A stretch of 64,000 nucleotides of DNA from Macrostomum hystrix (GCA_950097015.1 CATNEN010000038.1:31620001-31684000); one strand, 5' to 3'; shown: positions 49,801 to 61,309, counted from the first letter of the stretch. The notes: a model not told the origin generated them from the sequence alone. A program made the numbers and translations.

Positions 49801-51250
49801 TCTTCTCATGTCATCTCATATCCTGTCATGTCATCTCATATCCTGTCATGTCATCTCATCTCCTTTCATGTCATCTCATCTCCTCTCGTGTCATCTCATC
49901 TCCTCTCATGTCGTCTCATCTCCTCTGTTGTATGTATAATGCGTCGATTTTTGTCACTACTAAACAAGGCACAAAAGTGCAGCCCCTATCTACAAAATGA
50001 GATACCGACTACCCTGGTCAAATTCAGGCACAGCTTCCTGTTATTTACCAGCTTCATCATGGCTGTTGGAATCCTGTCGCTAATCATCACCTACATTGTC
50101 TGGCGTGCCGAAGGCTATCCGCCCCGTTATCACTACCTGATTGGCATTGTGTTGCAGGCATTCTTTGGCCTTTTGTTGTGTGTTCTTAATCCCTACGGTG
50201 TAAGACCTAGTCCGCAAGTGTTGCTGTTTTTTGAATCGCTTACTCTTCAACGATTTTTTCTTTACATTTGCCTAATTTATGCCTTTTGATAGAACACTTA
50301 ATGTACACATGCCCAAACCAGCCCCTTATGTACACACGCCCAAACCAGCCCCTAATGTACACACGCCCAAACCAGCCCCTAATGTACACACGCCCAAACC
50401 AGCCCCCTAATGTACACACGCCCAAACCAGCCCCCTAATGTACACACGCCCAAACCAGCCCCCTAATGTACACTTGCCCAAACCAGCCCCTAATGTACAT
50501 ACGCCCAAACCAGCCCCTAATGTACACACGCCCAAACCAGCCCCTAATGTACACACGCCCAAACCAGCCCCTAATGTACACACGCCCAAACCAGCCCCTA
50601 ATGTACACACGCCCAAACCAGCCCCTAATGTACACACGCCCAAACCAGCCCCCTAATGTACACACGCCCAAACCAACTTCCTTAAATACATGTACAATCC
50701 TATTAATCATCGTCGTTCACACACTTAATTGTAAATTTTCCTAGAAAATAAGTTTTCAATTTTTGTCGCTAAATGTTTTTGTCTCTATATATTCACATTG
50801 CCTGTTTTTATTTTTCTTCACTTTACAAGTCTTTGTGACGCATTTTTTATCAGAAACTTAGCTTTAAAGCACTTCATTATCTGGCCGAAACTTAAACCCT
50901 AAGCACTCTTATGAAAAAATGAAAAAAAATTACTAGATTCAATAGATTCAATAGATTTTACAAAATTTTCTCAACGTCCTACTGAAATACCATTAGTTAA
51001 GTAGCAATAAAAGTAAAATTCCAACTAAATTAAAAAATTTCAGTGGTACCACGCGGCCATCAATCTGACAACCAACGAGAGCATGAACAAGAAGCGCTAC
51101 ACATATCTCAAAGATTCATCGGGAAAATTTCGTAATCCTTTCGACCGCGGCCTAGTTAATAACCTGCTTGAATTTTGTCACCTTCGTGCGCCCAGATACA
51201 GCGTAGAAGAATTGTCAGAGATCAAGGGCCCGGCCCACATCATTGTCTGA
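43834..51250 (+). CDS. Ankyrin-repeat DHHC palmitoyltransferase (ZDHHC13/17, Akr1/Patsas-like)
   Basis: Exons 43834-44670, 45155-45726, then 46624-46789 OR 50028-50199, then 51044-51250. Ankyrin repeats (TPLHWAA, TPLHQAC, TPLMLAA), DPG, CHTC..KP.RAKHC..C..CV..MDHHCPYIYNCIG, TTNE and NPFDRG..NL.EF motifs. Confidence 0.92.
44688..45142. repeat. 10-bp repeat filling DHHC intron 1
   Basis: Unit CTGACCCATC. Confidence 0.95.
45735..46590. repeat. 22-bp minisatellite, DHHC intron 2
   Basis: Unit GCTGATGTGCTGTTATGCACTG. Confidence 0.96.
46624..46789 (+). CDS. DHHC gene alternative exon A (TM3-TM4)
   Basis: tttaaag| acceptor, |gtgaga donor, 166 nt, enters at phase 2 and exits at phase 0. Encodes FAFGVLTLSLMSLGGMTLVLASASLWQGGMDWLIALGTLVAILGLVIGSIVSSCV (two hydrophobic helices). 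Confidence 0.75.
46827..48992. repeat. 34-bp purine-rich minisatellite between DHHC exons A and B
   Basis: Unit AGATAGATTGGATGAGAAGTAGATAATGGGAGGC. Confidence 0.97.
49445..49925. repeat. TCATC/TCATG-based pyrimidine-rich repeat before DHHC exon B
   Basis: TCATGTCATCTCATCTCCTC-type units. Confidence 0.92.
50028..50199 (+). CDS. DHHC gene alternative exon B (TM3-TM4)
   Basis: aattcag| acceptor, |gtaaga donor, 172 nt, same phases as exon A. Encodes HSFLLFTSFIMAVGILSLIITYIVWRAEGYPPRYHYLIGIVLQAFFGLLLCVLNPYG (two hydrophobic helices). Confidence 0.75.
50300..50675. repeat. 27-bp minisatellite after DHHC exon B
   Basis: Unit TAATGTACACACGCCCAAACCAGCCCC. Confidence 0.95.
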
Positions 51251-51464
51251 ACTGTACACTTATTTTATTGCTTGACTTCTAATTGGCCTCATTTTTATAT
51301 AAGCTTGCTTCCAGTTTTTACAGTCTCTTGTAATCACAACATTGATATCTGATGTCTAGCTTACTTATTAACATGTATTCTCGTTGCCATGGCAACAACT
51401 ATGAGAGTATATTTCTAGCTGATTAACTCTGACTAGCAGACAAATCTACCCCATTTGGTTCTTT

Positions 51465-52480
51465 TCTCTCACTATCTATCTACCCCTCAGATTCTTAACT
51501 TATCTCTCACTATCTATCTACCCCTCAGATTCTTAACTTATCTCTCACTATCTATCTACCCCTCAGATTCTTAACTTATCTCTCACTATCTATCTACCCC
51601 TCAGATTCTTATCTCTCACTATCTATCTACCCCTCAGATTCTTAACTTATCTCTCACTATCTATCTACCCCTCAGATTCTTATCTCTCACTATCTATCTA
51701 CCCCTCAGATTCTTATCTCTCACTATCTATCTACCCCTCAGATTCTTAACTTATCTCTCACTATCTATCTACCCCTCAGATTCTTATCTCTCACTATCTA
51801 TCTACCCCTCAGATTCTTAACTTATCTCTCACTATCTATCTACCCCTCAGATTCTTAACTTATCTCTCACTATCTATCTACCCCTCAGATTCTTATCTCT
51901 CACTATCTATCTACCCCTCAGATTCTTATCTCTCACTATCTATCTACCCCTCAGATTCTTATCTTATCTCTCACTATCTATCTACCCCTCAGATTCTTAT
52001 CTCTCACTATCTATCTACCCCTCAGATTCTTATCTCTCACTATCTATCTACCCCTCAGATTCTTAACTTATCTCTCACTATCTATCTACCCCTCAGATTC
52101 TTATCTCTCACTATCTATCTACCCCTCAGATTCTTAACTTATCTCTCACTATCTATCTACCCCTCAGATTCTTATCTCTCACTATCTATCTACCCCTCAG
52201 ATTCTTATCTCTCACTATCTATCTACCCCTCAGATTCTTAACTTATCTCTCACTATCTATCTACCCCTCAGATTCTTATCTCTCACTATCTATCTACCCC
52301 TCAGATTCTTAACTTATCTCTCACTATCTATCTACCCCTCAGATTCTTATCTCTCACTATCTATCTACCCCTCAGATTCTTATCTTATCTCTCACTATCT
52401 ATCTACCCCTCAGATTCTTATCTCTCACTATCTATCTACCCCTCTGATTCTTATCTCTCTCAGTCTATCTACCCCTGAGA
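51465..52480. repeat. 33/38-bp minisatellite downstream of the DHHC stop
   Basis: Unit TATCTCTCACTATCTATCTACCCCTCAGATTCT with optional TAACT. Confidence 0.96.
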
Positions 52481-52769
52481 TTTTTCTTTTCTTAGTATTC
52501 AAATTTTTCGCTTCATTATAACTTTTTTAATATTTATTTAACAATTAAACTACTATTTCATTAGACTTGTTAATATTTTACGTTGAATCTTGATTTTGTT
52601 TTTTTCGTCTCCTGACTTACATGATGCGTATATCGCGTTTTCTTATTGCTCTATCACAAGAGCTTTTACCTTAAGCTGCAATTATTACACTAAATGTTTT
52701 ATTTGACGTTATAATGCTTCTTTATCATTACTAACCTGTCCGATCCTTAGGCCTTGGCGCCAATGCAAT

Positions 52770-52965
52770 CCTGAAGGCTGCTTACGGCTGTTCAGTCCAT
52801 GGACTGGGGGCACGCCACACCCACCCTCAACTACCCCAGCTGATGCTGGTACCCGTTAAAAGGCAGGTTGAACTGAAGCAATGCAGAGTTTAGTGTCTTG
52901 CTGGAGGACATGAATCATTCTAGTTGAGTCGGGAATCGAACCTCCGACCTTTAAGTCGTCAACCC
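52770..52965 (-). mobile_element. SINE family B copy
   Basis: Same blocks as 17100-17302; reverse B box GGGAATCGAACC at about 52931. Confidence 0.75.
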
Positions 52966-53246
52966 CTACACTACTCTACTATCTAAAAATGGAAATCACT
53001 AGCTTATCTCAAGCTTCCATTTTAACAATCATTATCCCAATATGATATGTGTTTTTTGCTCAATATGGTTTACTCAAATCGGTCAATTTTGCATGAAAAA
53101 TTGCTTAAACGATGCAATGAAAAAATATATTGAAATTTAAGTCCTTGGCTTCTTGTTTTAACTGCTTTTAACAAACTCTATTCGGGCAGTCTCGTAGTTA
53201 TACGTTTTTTCAGTTTTTTAGCATGGCTACTGGCATTGGCGTAAAT

Positions 53247-55492
53247 TCTCACTGTCTAATCTCACTGTCTAATCTCACTGTCTAATCTCAGTGTCTAATC
53301 TCAGTGTTTAATCTCACTGTAATCTCAGTGTCTAATCTCACTGTCTAATCTCACTGTCTAATCTCACTGTCTAATCTCATTGTCTAATCTCAGTGTCTAA
53401 TCTCAGTGTCTAATCTCAGTGTTTAATCTCACTGTAATCTCTGTGTCTAATCTCTGTGTCTAATCTCAGTCAGTGTCTAATCTCAGTGTATAATCTCACT
53501 GTCTAATCTCACTGTCTAATCTCAGTGTCTAATCTCAGTGTCTAATCTCATTGTCTAATCTCACTATCTAATCTCAGTGTCTAATCTCAGTGACTAATCT
53601 CATTGTCTAATCTCACTGACTAATCTCAGTGTCTAATCTCAGTGACTAATCTCAGTGACTAATCTCATTGTCTAATCTCACTGACTAATCTCAGTGTCTA
53701 ATCTCAGTGACTAATCTCATTGTCTAATCTCACTGACTAATCTCATTGTCTAATCTCACTGACTAATCTCATTGTCTAATCTCACTGACTAATCTCAGTG
53801 TCTAATCTCACCGACTAATCTCACTGACTAATCTCAGTGTCTAATCTCATTGTCTAATCTCAGTGTTTAAGCTCACTGTAATCTCAGTGTCTAATCTCAG
53901 TGTCTAATCTCAGTGACTAATCTCATTGTCTAATCTCACTGACTAATCTCATTGTCTAATCTCACTGACTAATCTCATTGTCTAATCTCACTGACTAATC
54001 TCAGTGTCTAATCTCACCGACTAATCTCACTGACTAATCTCACTGACTAATCTCAGTGACTAATCTCATTGTCAAATCTCAGTGTCTAATCTCACTGACT
54101 AATCTCATTGTCTAATCTCACTGTCTAATCTCACTGTCTAATCTCAGTGTCTAATCTCAGTGTCTAATCTCAGTGTTTAATCTCTGTGTCTAATCTCAGT
54201 GTCTAATCTCAGTGACTAATCTCAATGTCTAATCTCATTGTCTAATCTCAGTGTTTAAGCTCACTGTAATCTCTGTGTCTAATCTCAGTGTCTAATCTCA
54301 GTGACTAATCTCAATGTCTAATCTCATTGTCTAATCTCAGTGTTTAAGCTCACTGTAATCTCTGTGTCTAATCTCAGTGTCTAATCTCATTGTCTAATCT
54401 CACTGACTAATCTCAGTGTCTAATCTCAGTGTTTAATCTCACTGTAATCTCTGTGTCTAATCTCAGTGTCTAATCTCAGTGACTAATCTCAATGTCTAAT
54501 CTCATTGTCTAATCTCAGTGTTTAAGCTCACTGTAATCTCTGTGTCTAATCTCAGTGTCTAATCTCATTGTCTAATCTCACTGACTAATCTCATTGTCTA
54601 ATCTCACTGACTAATCTTAGTGTCTAATCTCACTGACTAATCTCATTGTCTAATCTCACTGACTAATCTCAGTGTCTAATCTCAGTGACTAATCTCATTG
54701 TCTAATCTCAATGTCTAATCTCACTGTCTAATCTCACTGTCTAATCTCAGTGTCTAATCTCAGTGTCTAATCTCACTGTTTAATCTCACTGTAATCTCAG
54801 TGTCTAATCTCAGTGTCTAATCTCAGTGACTAATCTCAATGTCTAATCTAATTGTCTAATCTCAGTGTTTAAGCTCACTGTAATCTGTGTGTGTAATCTC
54901 ATTGTCTAATCTCAGTGACTAATCTCAATGTCTAATCTCATTGTCTAATCTCAGTGTTTAAGCTCACTGTAATCTCTGTGTCTAATCTCAGTGTCTAATC
55001 TCATTGTCTAATCTCACTGACTAATCTCATTGTCTAATCTCACTGACTAATCTCAGTGTCTAATCTCACTGACTAATCTCATTGTCTAATCTCACTGACT
55101 AATCTCAGTGTCTAATCTCAGTGTTTAATCTCACTGTAATCTCTGTGTCTAATCTCAGTGTCTAATCTCAGTGACTAATCTCAATGTCTAATCTCATTGT
55201 CTAATCTCAGTGTTTAAGCTCACTGTAATCTCTGTGTCTAATCTCAGTGTCTAATCTCATTGTCTAATCTCACTGACTAATCTCATTGTCTAATCTCACT
55301 GACTAATCTCAGTGTCTAATCTCACTGACTAATCTCATTGTCTAATCTCACTGACTAATCTCAGTGTCTAATCTCAGTGTTTAATCTCACTGTAATCTCT
55401 GTGTCTAATCTCAGTGTCTAATCTCAGTGACTAATCTCAATGTCTAATCTCACTGTAATCTCAGTGTCTAATCTCAGTGTCTAATCTCACTG
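53247..55492. repeat. 13-bp minisatellite, intergenic
   Basis: Unit TAATCTCA(G/C/T)TG(T/A)C. Confidence 0.97.
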
Positions 55493-56014
55493 CATATGCT
55501 CTGAAACAAAAACTTGGAAATGAAAACGGCCTTGCAAAAATATCTAAACTTCGAAAGAAAAGTTTGCCATACTTTAAATTGTTCGACAATCCTTAGAAAA
55601 AATGATTATCCGTTTTTCGGCACCGCTTGCCGAAAATAAAAAATTTACAATTGCTTCAAGCCAATTTCTAATCATCTGGATAGCCTCTGTAACTATTGTG
55701 CTTGTCACTGTCTATCTGCTTTGAGGGTTCATATAGTTTGATTCACTTGTGTCACCAAACAGAAATTGGTGTCTTATCTAAGTTTTCTTCTATGCTGTTT
55801 TCTATAACTCCTTCGCATTCACTTTTATCTCAGAGAAAAACCAGATTAAACTGGAGTCTTAAATGCGTCCACTGGTACGGTACTCATGCATTTGCCGCGG
55901 TTGCTGAACTGTTGTCACAAAACAAAATCTACGAGTATGATAAGCGCATTCATGCCTGGACACACCCCACACTGTGAGACAAGGTTGATACTAAATGGTG
56001 TACAGAAAATATGC

Positions 56015-56022
56015 TATAAATA
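56015..56022 (+). promoter_or_regulatory. TATA box of GST copy 1
   Basis: TATAAATA about 90 nt upstream of the ATG at 56108. Confidence 0.5.
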
Positions 56023-56107
56023 CAGAGAAATGGTTTGACAAAGCTTTCTGCTTCACCTCCGAATAGATTAGCACCGAAGTAAGAAAGCAAAGCCTGTACT
56101 ATAAGCT

Positions 56108-57328
56108 ATGAGCTACAAATTGTACTATTTTGACGGTCGCGGTCGCGGCGAGATCATCCGGCTGGTGTTTGCCGCCGCGGGCGTCGAATTTCAAGACATC
56201 CGCTTCGACATGGACGAATGGGCCAGCAAGTACAAGGCCTTGGCGCCAACCGGCCTGGCGCCATTTCTGGAGGATGCAGTCACTGGCAAGACGCTGGTGC
56301 AGAGCAATGCCATCGCCAAGCTGTTAGCCGCCAGGTACAAGTTGGATAGCAGCGACGCTTTCGAGTTCTACAAGGCTGAACGAATGCTGCACCAGGTAAA
56401 GCTTGTGTTTTCAGTTTCGACCGTGTTAATGACCGGGATCCGTGAGCAAGGTCCCTGAGTTCGATTCCGCGGCGAGGCCACTTTCATTTGGGACGCAGCC
56501 GACGCCCTTGAGGGCCAACCTCCAAGGCACAGTGAAAGTTTACACCGCCTGGCGATGAGAAAGTCAGGGCAGATGTACACACCTGTGTGAGCGTATGCCT
56601 GCGTTCAGTATCTGTGTGCGTGTGTGCTCAGGAGTCAGCGAAATAGGGCAGAATTGTCTCCTCGCTGGCTGCGGGTCTGCTGTCACCAAATGATGTGCCA
56701 CTGCCCGCCGCCTTCCTTCATTTATTATTTTTTTATTATCAAGCTAATGACCCGCTTTATGACGCAATCGCTGCGAGAGATGTACATTACTAATGTACAT
56801 CTTGCTCGAGGGAGTCATCGATGTTCTAAAAATAGATCTTCCGCGCCCGACGTACAGAAACTCTACCATAGAGAAGTAGTGTACATTACTGTTGCACGTG
56901 ATGCACTCATTTCTCTTCCAGTTTAAAAAAAGCGAGTGTACATAGTCTAACATTAAATCCTTCTCCGCCAACAAAATCATTAGATCAAGGACCTGGAGGA
57001 CATCACCGTGGCCGTAATGTTCGATCCGGAGGAATTGCGCCCGGCTCTCAAGAAGGACTTCTTGGCCACCAAGGCGCCGTACCAGTTCGCCACAATGGCC
57101 AAGTACCTGCAGGAGACTGACTCCAAGTTTGTCAACGGCAAGAACCTCACACTGGCCGATCTGGCCCTCATCAACATCGTCGATTTCATGGAATTCATCG
57201 GTCCCGAGGCCCAGGAGATCGCCGGCAGCCATCCGGAGTTCGCCGCCCACAAGAAGCACGTCCTGGAGTCCAACAAGAACCTGGCCGACTATCTGGCTAA
57301 CCGCAAGCAGGGAAAGCTGCCTTTCTAG
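56108..57328 (+). CDS. Glutathione S-transferase, sigma-like (copy 1)
   Basis: Exons 56108-56395 and 56984-57328. [40 protein letters not shown]. Confidence 0.92.
56440..56740 (+). mobile_element. SINE family A copy in GST1 intron
   Basis: B box GAGTTCGATTCC, same body with an internal deletion, TTA-rich tail. Confidence 0.82.
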
Positions 57329-57524
57329 ACACCGCGCTAACATACCTACTCTCTAACTGGCTACTATGAGTAGAGTGTTGACAATTTGAGCTTTGTTTCA
57401 TTACATTTTCAAATGTTATTTTCAAGTTTCAATAATTCTTATTTTAAAAAATACACTTTTAGGTTATATAAAATTTTAATAGCAACTTTTGTCAATTAAT
57501 TGATTAAACTTGATTAAACCAAGA

Positions 57525-57715
57525 ATGCTGCGTACGGCTGTTCAGTCCATGGACTGGGGGGACGCTGGTACCCATTTTAACAGCTGGGTGAACTGAAGCA
57601 ATGCAGAGTTAAGTGTCTTGCTTGATGCGCACTAAATGTTCCTGCGGAATCTAGAATCGAACCTCCGACCTTCAAGTCGAGAGTCCGTCGCCCTAACCAC
57701 ACTGAGGCTACAGCT
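57525..57715 (-). mobile_element. SINE family B copy
   Basis: Minus strand reads tRNA-like head, then GCAAGACACTTAACTCTGCATTGCTTCAGTTCACCCAGCTGTTAAAATGGGTACC. Confidence 0.78.
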
Positions 57716-58130
57716 GAACTTACTTCAATTGAGTTGTTTCTGTAGGTTATAGCAAAAAAAGAAAAGAAATTCTTTTAAAGATATTTTAAAGATTTTGTAA
57801 ATAAAATTTCTATCCTACATAGCAAAAACAAGAACTGCTATGGACGATGTTAGAAAAATGTTAAGTGCTCAGCGCAGTGTCCACTTTTGCCTTGAATATA
57901 AAGAAAGTTTAAGCTAAAATAAACTGCTCGCGTGAAGCACACACGCGGTCATACTCAAGCTCACCTCTCTCTAATTCTGTGTGCCATGTGTGCCGCCATT
58001 CTCACAGCTCTATAGTAGGTGGAGGGGTGAGCGGGTTGCTGAGAGCGGCGCCACCCCACTAGCGCGCACCGAAATTGCACTGGGTTAAATTATTTGCCTA
58101 AACTGGGTCTACCGAGTTGCAGCTTCTAAA

Positions 58131-60043
58131 ATGAGCTACAAATTGTACTATTTCGACATGCGCGGACGCGCGGAAGTGATCCGTTTGGTGTTCGCCGCTG
58201 CCGGTGTCCAATTTCAAGACGTTCGATTCACTCGCGACGAATGGCTGGCCAAATATAAGGCTCTATCGCCAACTGGAGTGGCGCCTTATCTGGAGGATCC
58301 AGTCACGGGGAAGACTCTGGTACAGAGTAATCCCATTGCTGCTCTACTGGCTAAACGATTCAAACTGATGAGCACCAGCGACCCTTTGGAGTGCTACTAT
58401 GTCGACAGGCTCTTGTACCAAGTGTGCTAGTCACTCTTTTCATTTTTTATAATGCTTTTACTCTCTTATGCAGGTGTTACACAGGATTTTTAGGTGTTTG
58501 ACAAATGTTTACCTGTTAGACAGGAGTTTTAGGTGTTAGACAGAAGTTTTAGGTGTTAGACAGAATTTTTAGGTGTTAGACAGGAGTTTTAGGTGTTAGA
58601 CAGGAGTTTTAGGTGTTAGACACGAGTTTTAGGTGTTAGACAGGAGTTTTAGGTGCGAAACAGGATTTTTAGGTGTTAGACAGAAGTTTTAGGTGTTAGA
58701 CAGGAGTTTTAGGTGCGAAACAGGAGTTTTAGGTGTTTGACAGGAGTTTTAGGTGTTAGACAGGAGTGTTTGAAGGTTAGACGCGATTGTTTGAGTGTTA
58801 GATGGAAGTGTTAGGTGTTAGACATGCGTGTTAAAGCAATCATATTTTATATCTGTTTTAAGTTTTCTAAGGTAAGAGTGAAAATGGAATTTAAAGCTCA
58901 AAATTTATGCGGTCTAATTTCTGTCTAACCCCTTTCTTTCTGGCTTTTTGCCCTAGTAGAATATTCTTATCATTTCCCTTGTCATGCAACTGAGAAACAT
59001 CCATCCAACAGGCGACACACCAATCTAACAGGTAACACACCTATCTGACAGGTGACACACCTATCTGACAGGTGACATACCTATCTGACAGGTAACACAA
59101 CTATCTGACAGGTGACACACCTATCTAACAGGTGGCACACCTGTCTAACAGGTGGCACACCTGTCTAACAGGTGACACACCTATCTGACAGATTACACAC
59201 CTGTCTAACAGGTAACACACCTATCTGACAGGTGACACACCTATCTGACAGGTGATACACTTATCTGACAGGTGACACATCTATCAAAGAAGTGACACGC
59301 CTGTCTAACAGGTAACAGACCTATCTGACAGGTAACACACCTATCTGATAGGTAACATACCTATCTGACAGGTGACACACCTATCTGACAGGTGACACAC
59401 CTATCTGACAGGTAACACACCTATCTGACAGGTGACACAGCTATCTGACAGGTGACACACCTATCTGACAGGTAACACACCTATTTAACAGGTGACACAC
59501 CTATCTGACAGGTAACACACCTATCTGACAGGTGACACACCTATCTAACAGGTGACAAACCTATCTAACAGATTACACACCTGTATAGCAGGTAACACAC
59601 CTATCTGACAGGTGACACACCTATCTGACAGGTAACACACCTATCTGACAGGTGACACACTAGTTTCATGGTTGCCACATCCACCTCAATACCCTCAGCT
59701 CACCGACATGGCCGAAGACGCGGTTGCCCCGGTACTGTACGGACCAGAAGACAAGCGGCCGGACGCAATGCGAGAATTTCTAGAAACCAAAGGTTCGCTC
59801 CACCTCAGCCACCTGGCTAAACTAATGCGAGAGTCAGCTACTAAACCTGGCCAGTATGCTGTCGGAAATTCGCTAACACTAGCTGACCTAGCCATCATTA
59901 ATCTGCTAGACTTTGTCGACTGCATCGGACCCGAAGCACAAAAGCTGCTGTCGACTTACCCGGAGCTAGTTTCTCATCGACAGCACGTGCTGAAGTCAAA
60001 TAAGAATCTTGCCGACTACATCGCCAACAGGAAAGGCTACTGA
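58131..60043 (+). CDS. Glutathione S-transferase, sigma-like (copy 2, tandem paralogue)
   Basis: Exons 58131-58421 and 59699-60043, same intron position as copy 1. YYFDMRGRAEVIRL, LVQSNPI, GNSLTLADL. Confidence 0.9.
58480..58832. repeat. 20-bp minisatellite, GST2 intron (5' array)
   Basis: Unit AGGTGTTAGACAGGAGTTTT. Confidence 0.93.
59005..59660. repeat. 20-bp minisatellite, GST2 intron (3' array)
   Basis: Unit CTATCTGACAGGT(G/A)ACACAC. Confidence 0.95.
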
Positions 60044-60134
60044 TGTGCAAAGCATACTTGACCATTGATAGATTGGATTCTTCATTCTAAACCATTTTAC
60101 GAGCTCGTATAAAGATTTTTTCTAATTTGAATGT

Positions 60135-60230
60135 TCTGTCTAACAGTTGGAGAGCCTGTCTAACAGTTGGAGAGTCTGTCTAACAGTTGGAGAGTCTGTC
60201 TAACAGTTGGAGAGTCTGTCTAACAGTTGG
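60135..60230. repeat. 20-bp repeat, 5 copies, after GST2 stop
   Basis: Unit CTGTCTAACAGTTGGAGAGT. Confidence 0.9.
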
Positions 60231-60535
60231 CTATTGTATTTAACAGGTTTATTCATTCTCTCCTCATAAAGCATGTGTAATATTCTTATTTTACAGTTTA
60301 CTAAGAAAAAAATTAGATATAAGCCAACGTATTGACTTTGAGGATAAAAGTACAAAAAACGTTTTGAAAGCTAAAAAATTAATTCTGATATCGCGTTGTT
60401 AAAACAAGTGTCTTGTTAAAATGGTTTCTAAGCGTGCAGCACACTTGACAACAACAAGCAACAGCGACAGCAATTAAAATTTTCATATTAATTAAAACAC
60501 CAAGCATTGAATTCTTGACTCAAACAAATTTCTCG

Positions 60536-61282
60536 ATGCATTTCGCAAAGCTAAAGAAGCAGCTGCTGCTGCTGTTTCTGCTGTGCAGTCAGCTGCCGCT
60601 GCAGTCGCGGGCCATTTGTCCGGCTCCATTCAGCAGCCAGGCTGGTCTTTGCGTCTTCGTGAACGCGTCGCAGAGTTTCAACTGGTGCTCAGCCAATCGG
60701 CAGTGCGCATCGATGGGCGGAGAGCTGGTCAACTCCATCGACTCCGTCAGGCTGCTTCGAAACCGCAGTGTCGCTGGTGCCCGCTGCAGCTGCAACCTGT
60801 GGGTGGGACTCACCGACTTGGCCGACGAGAGGAAAATGAGCAGGACCGGCTGGCAGAGGATCAACGGCAATGGCGTCTTTCCAACTGATGCCTCTCTGTT
60901 TGCTGGCTCAGAACCGTCTGGTTCTTCTAGAGAGAACTGTCTGCGCGTGGACTCAGGAGGCTTTCTACGAGACGCTCAATGCACTCTTCTCTACGGCTTC
61001 GTGTGCGAGTTCGCTGGCAAAGTGCAGCTCCCAGCTGCTGCCGTGTCCTGGTTTGCCAACGACTTCAAGCGAGTGCGCTCAGGCTCTGACTACTGCTCCA
61101 CCGATCTGTTGCTAGTCAGAAGCGAGCGTCAGTGTCTCTACGCTGCGATGGTGCAGGGCAGCTGCAGACACGCGCTGTACAACAGCAGGCTGAGCACCTG
61201 CCGTCTGCTGCTGTTCACTGACGCTCAGGTGGAAGAGGAGATCGAGACGAGCCCTGACTGGGTCAAGTTTGAAATTATCTGA
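60536..61282 (+). CDS. Secreted C-type lectin domain protein with C-terminal PAN/apple-like domain
   Basis: Single exon. Signal peptide (KKQLLLLFLLCSQL), CTLD motifs (NWCSANRQC..GGEL, LWVGLTD, EPS, ENC, C....GFVCE), then SERQC..A....C....YN....C.L (PAN-like). First ATG is at 60536. Confidence 0.85.
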   Translation: MHFAKLKKQLLLLFLLCSQLPLQSRAICPAPFSSQAGLCVFVNASQSFNWCSANRQCASMGGELVNSIDSVRLLRNRSVAGARCSCNLWVGLTDLADERKMSRTGWQRINGNGVFPTDASLFAGSEPSGSSRENCLRVDSGGFLRDAQCTLLYGFVCEFAGKVQLPAAAVSWFANDFKRVRSGSDYCSTDLLLVRSERQCLYAAMVQGSCRHALYNSRLSTCRLLLFTDAQVEEEIETSPDWVKFEII

Positions 61283-61309
61283 CATTTACCAGATGGGTCT
61301 AAAAACTAA

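Noticed and set aside
49387-50289. 300-aa ORF as an independent nested membrane protein gene
   Set aside because: The first two-thirds is repeat; the hydrophobic part is bounded by splice sites whose phases fit the host DHHC gene, so it is better explained as alternative exon B.
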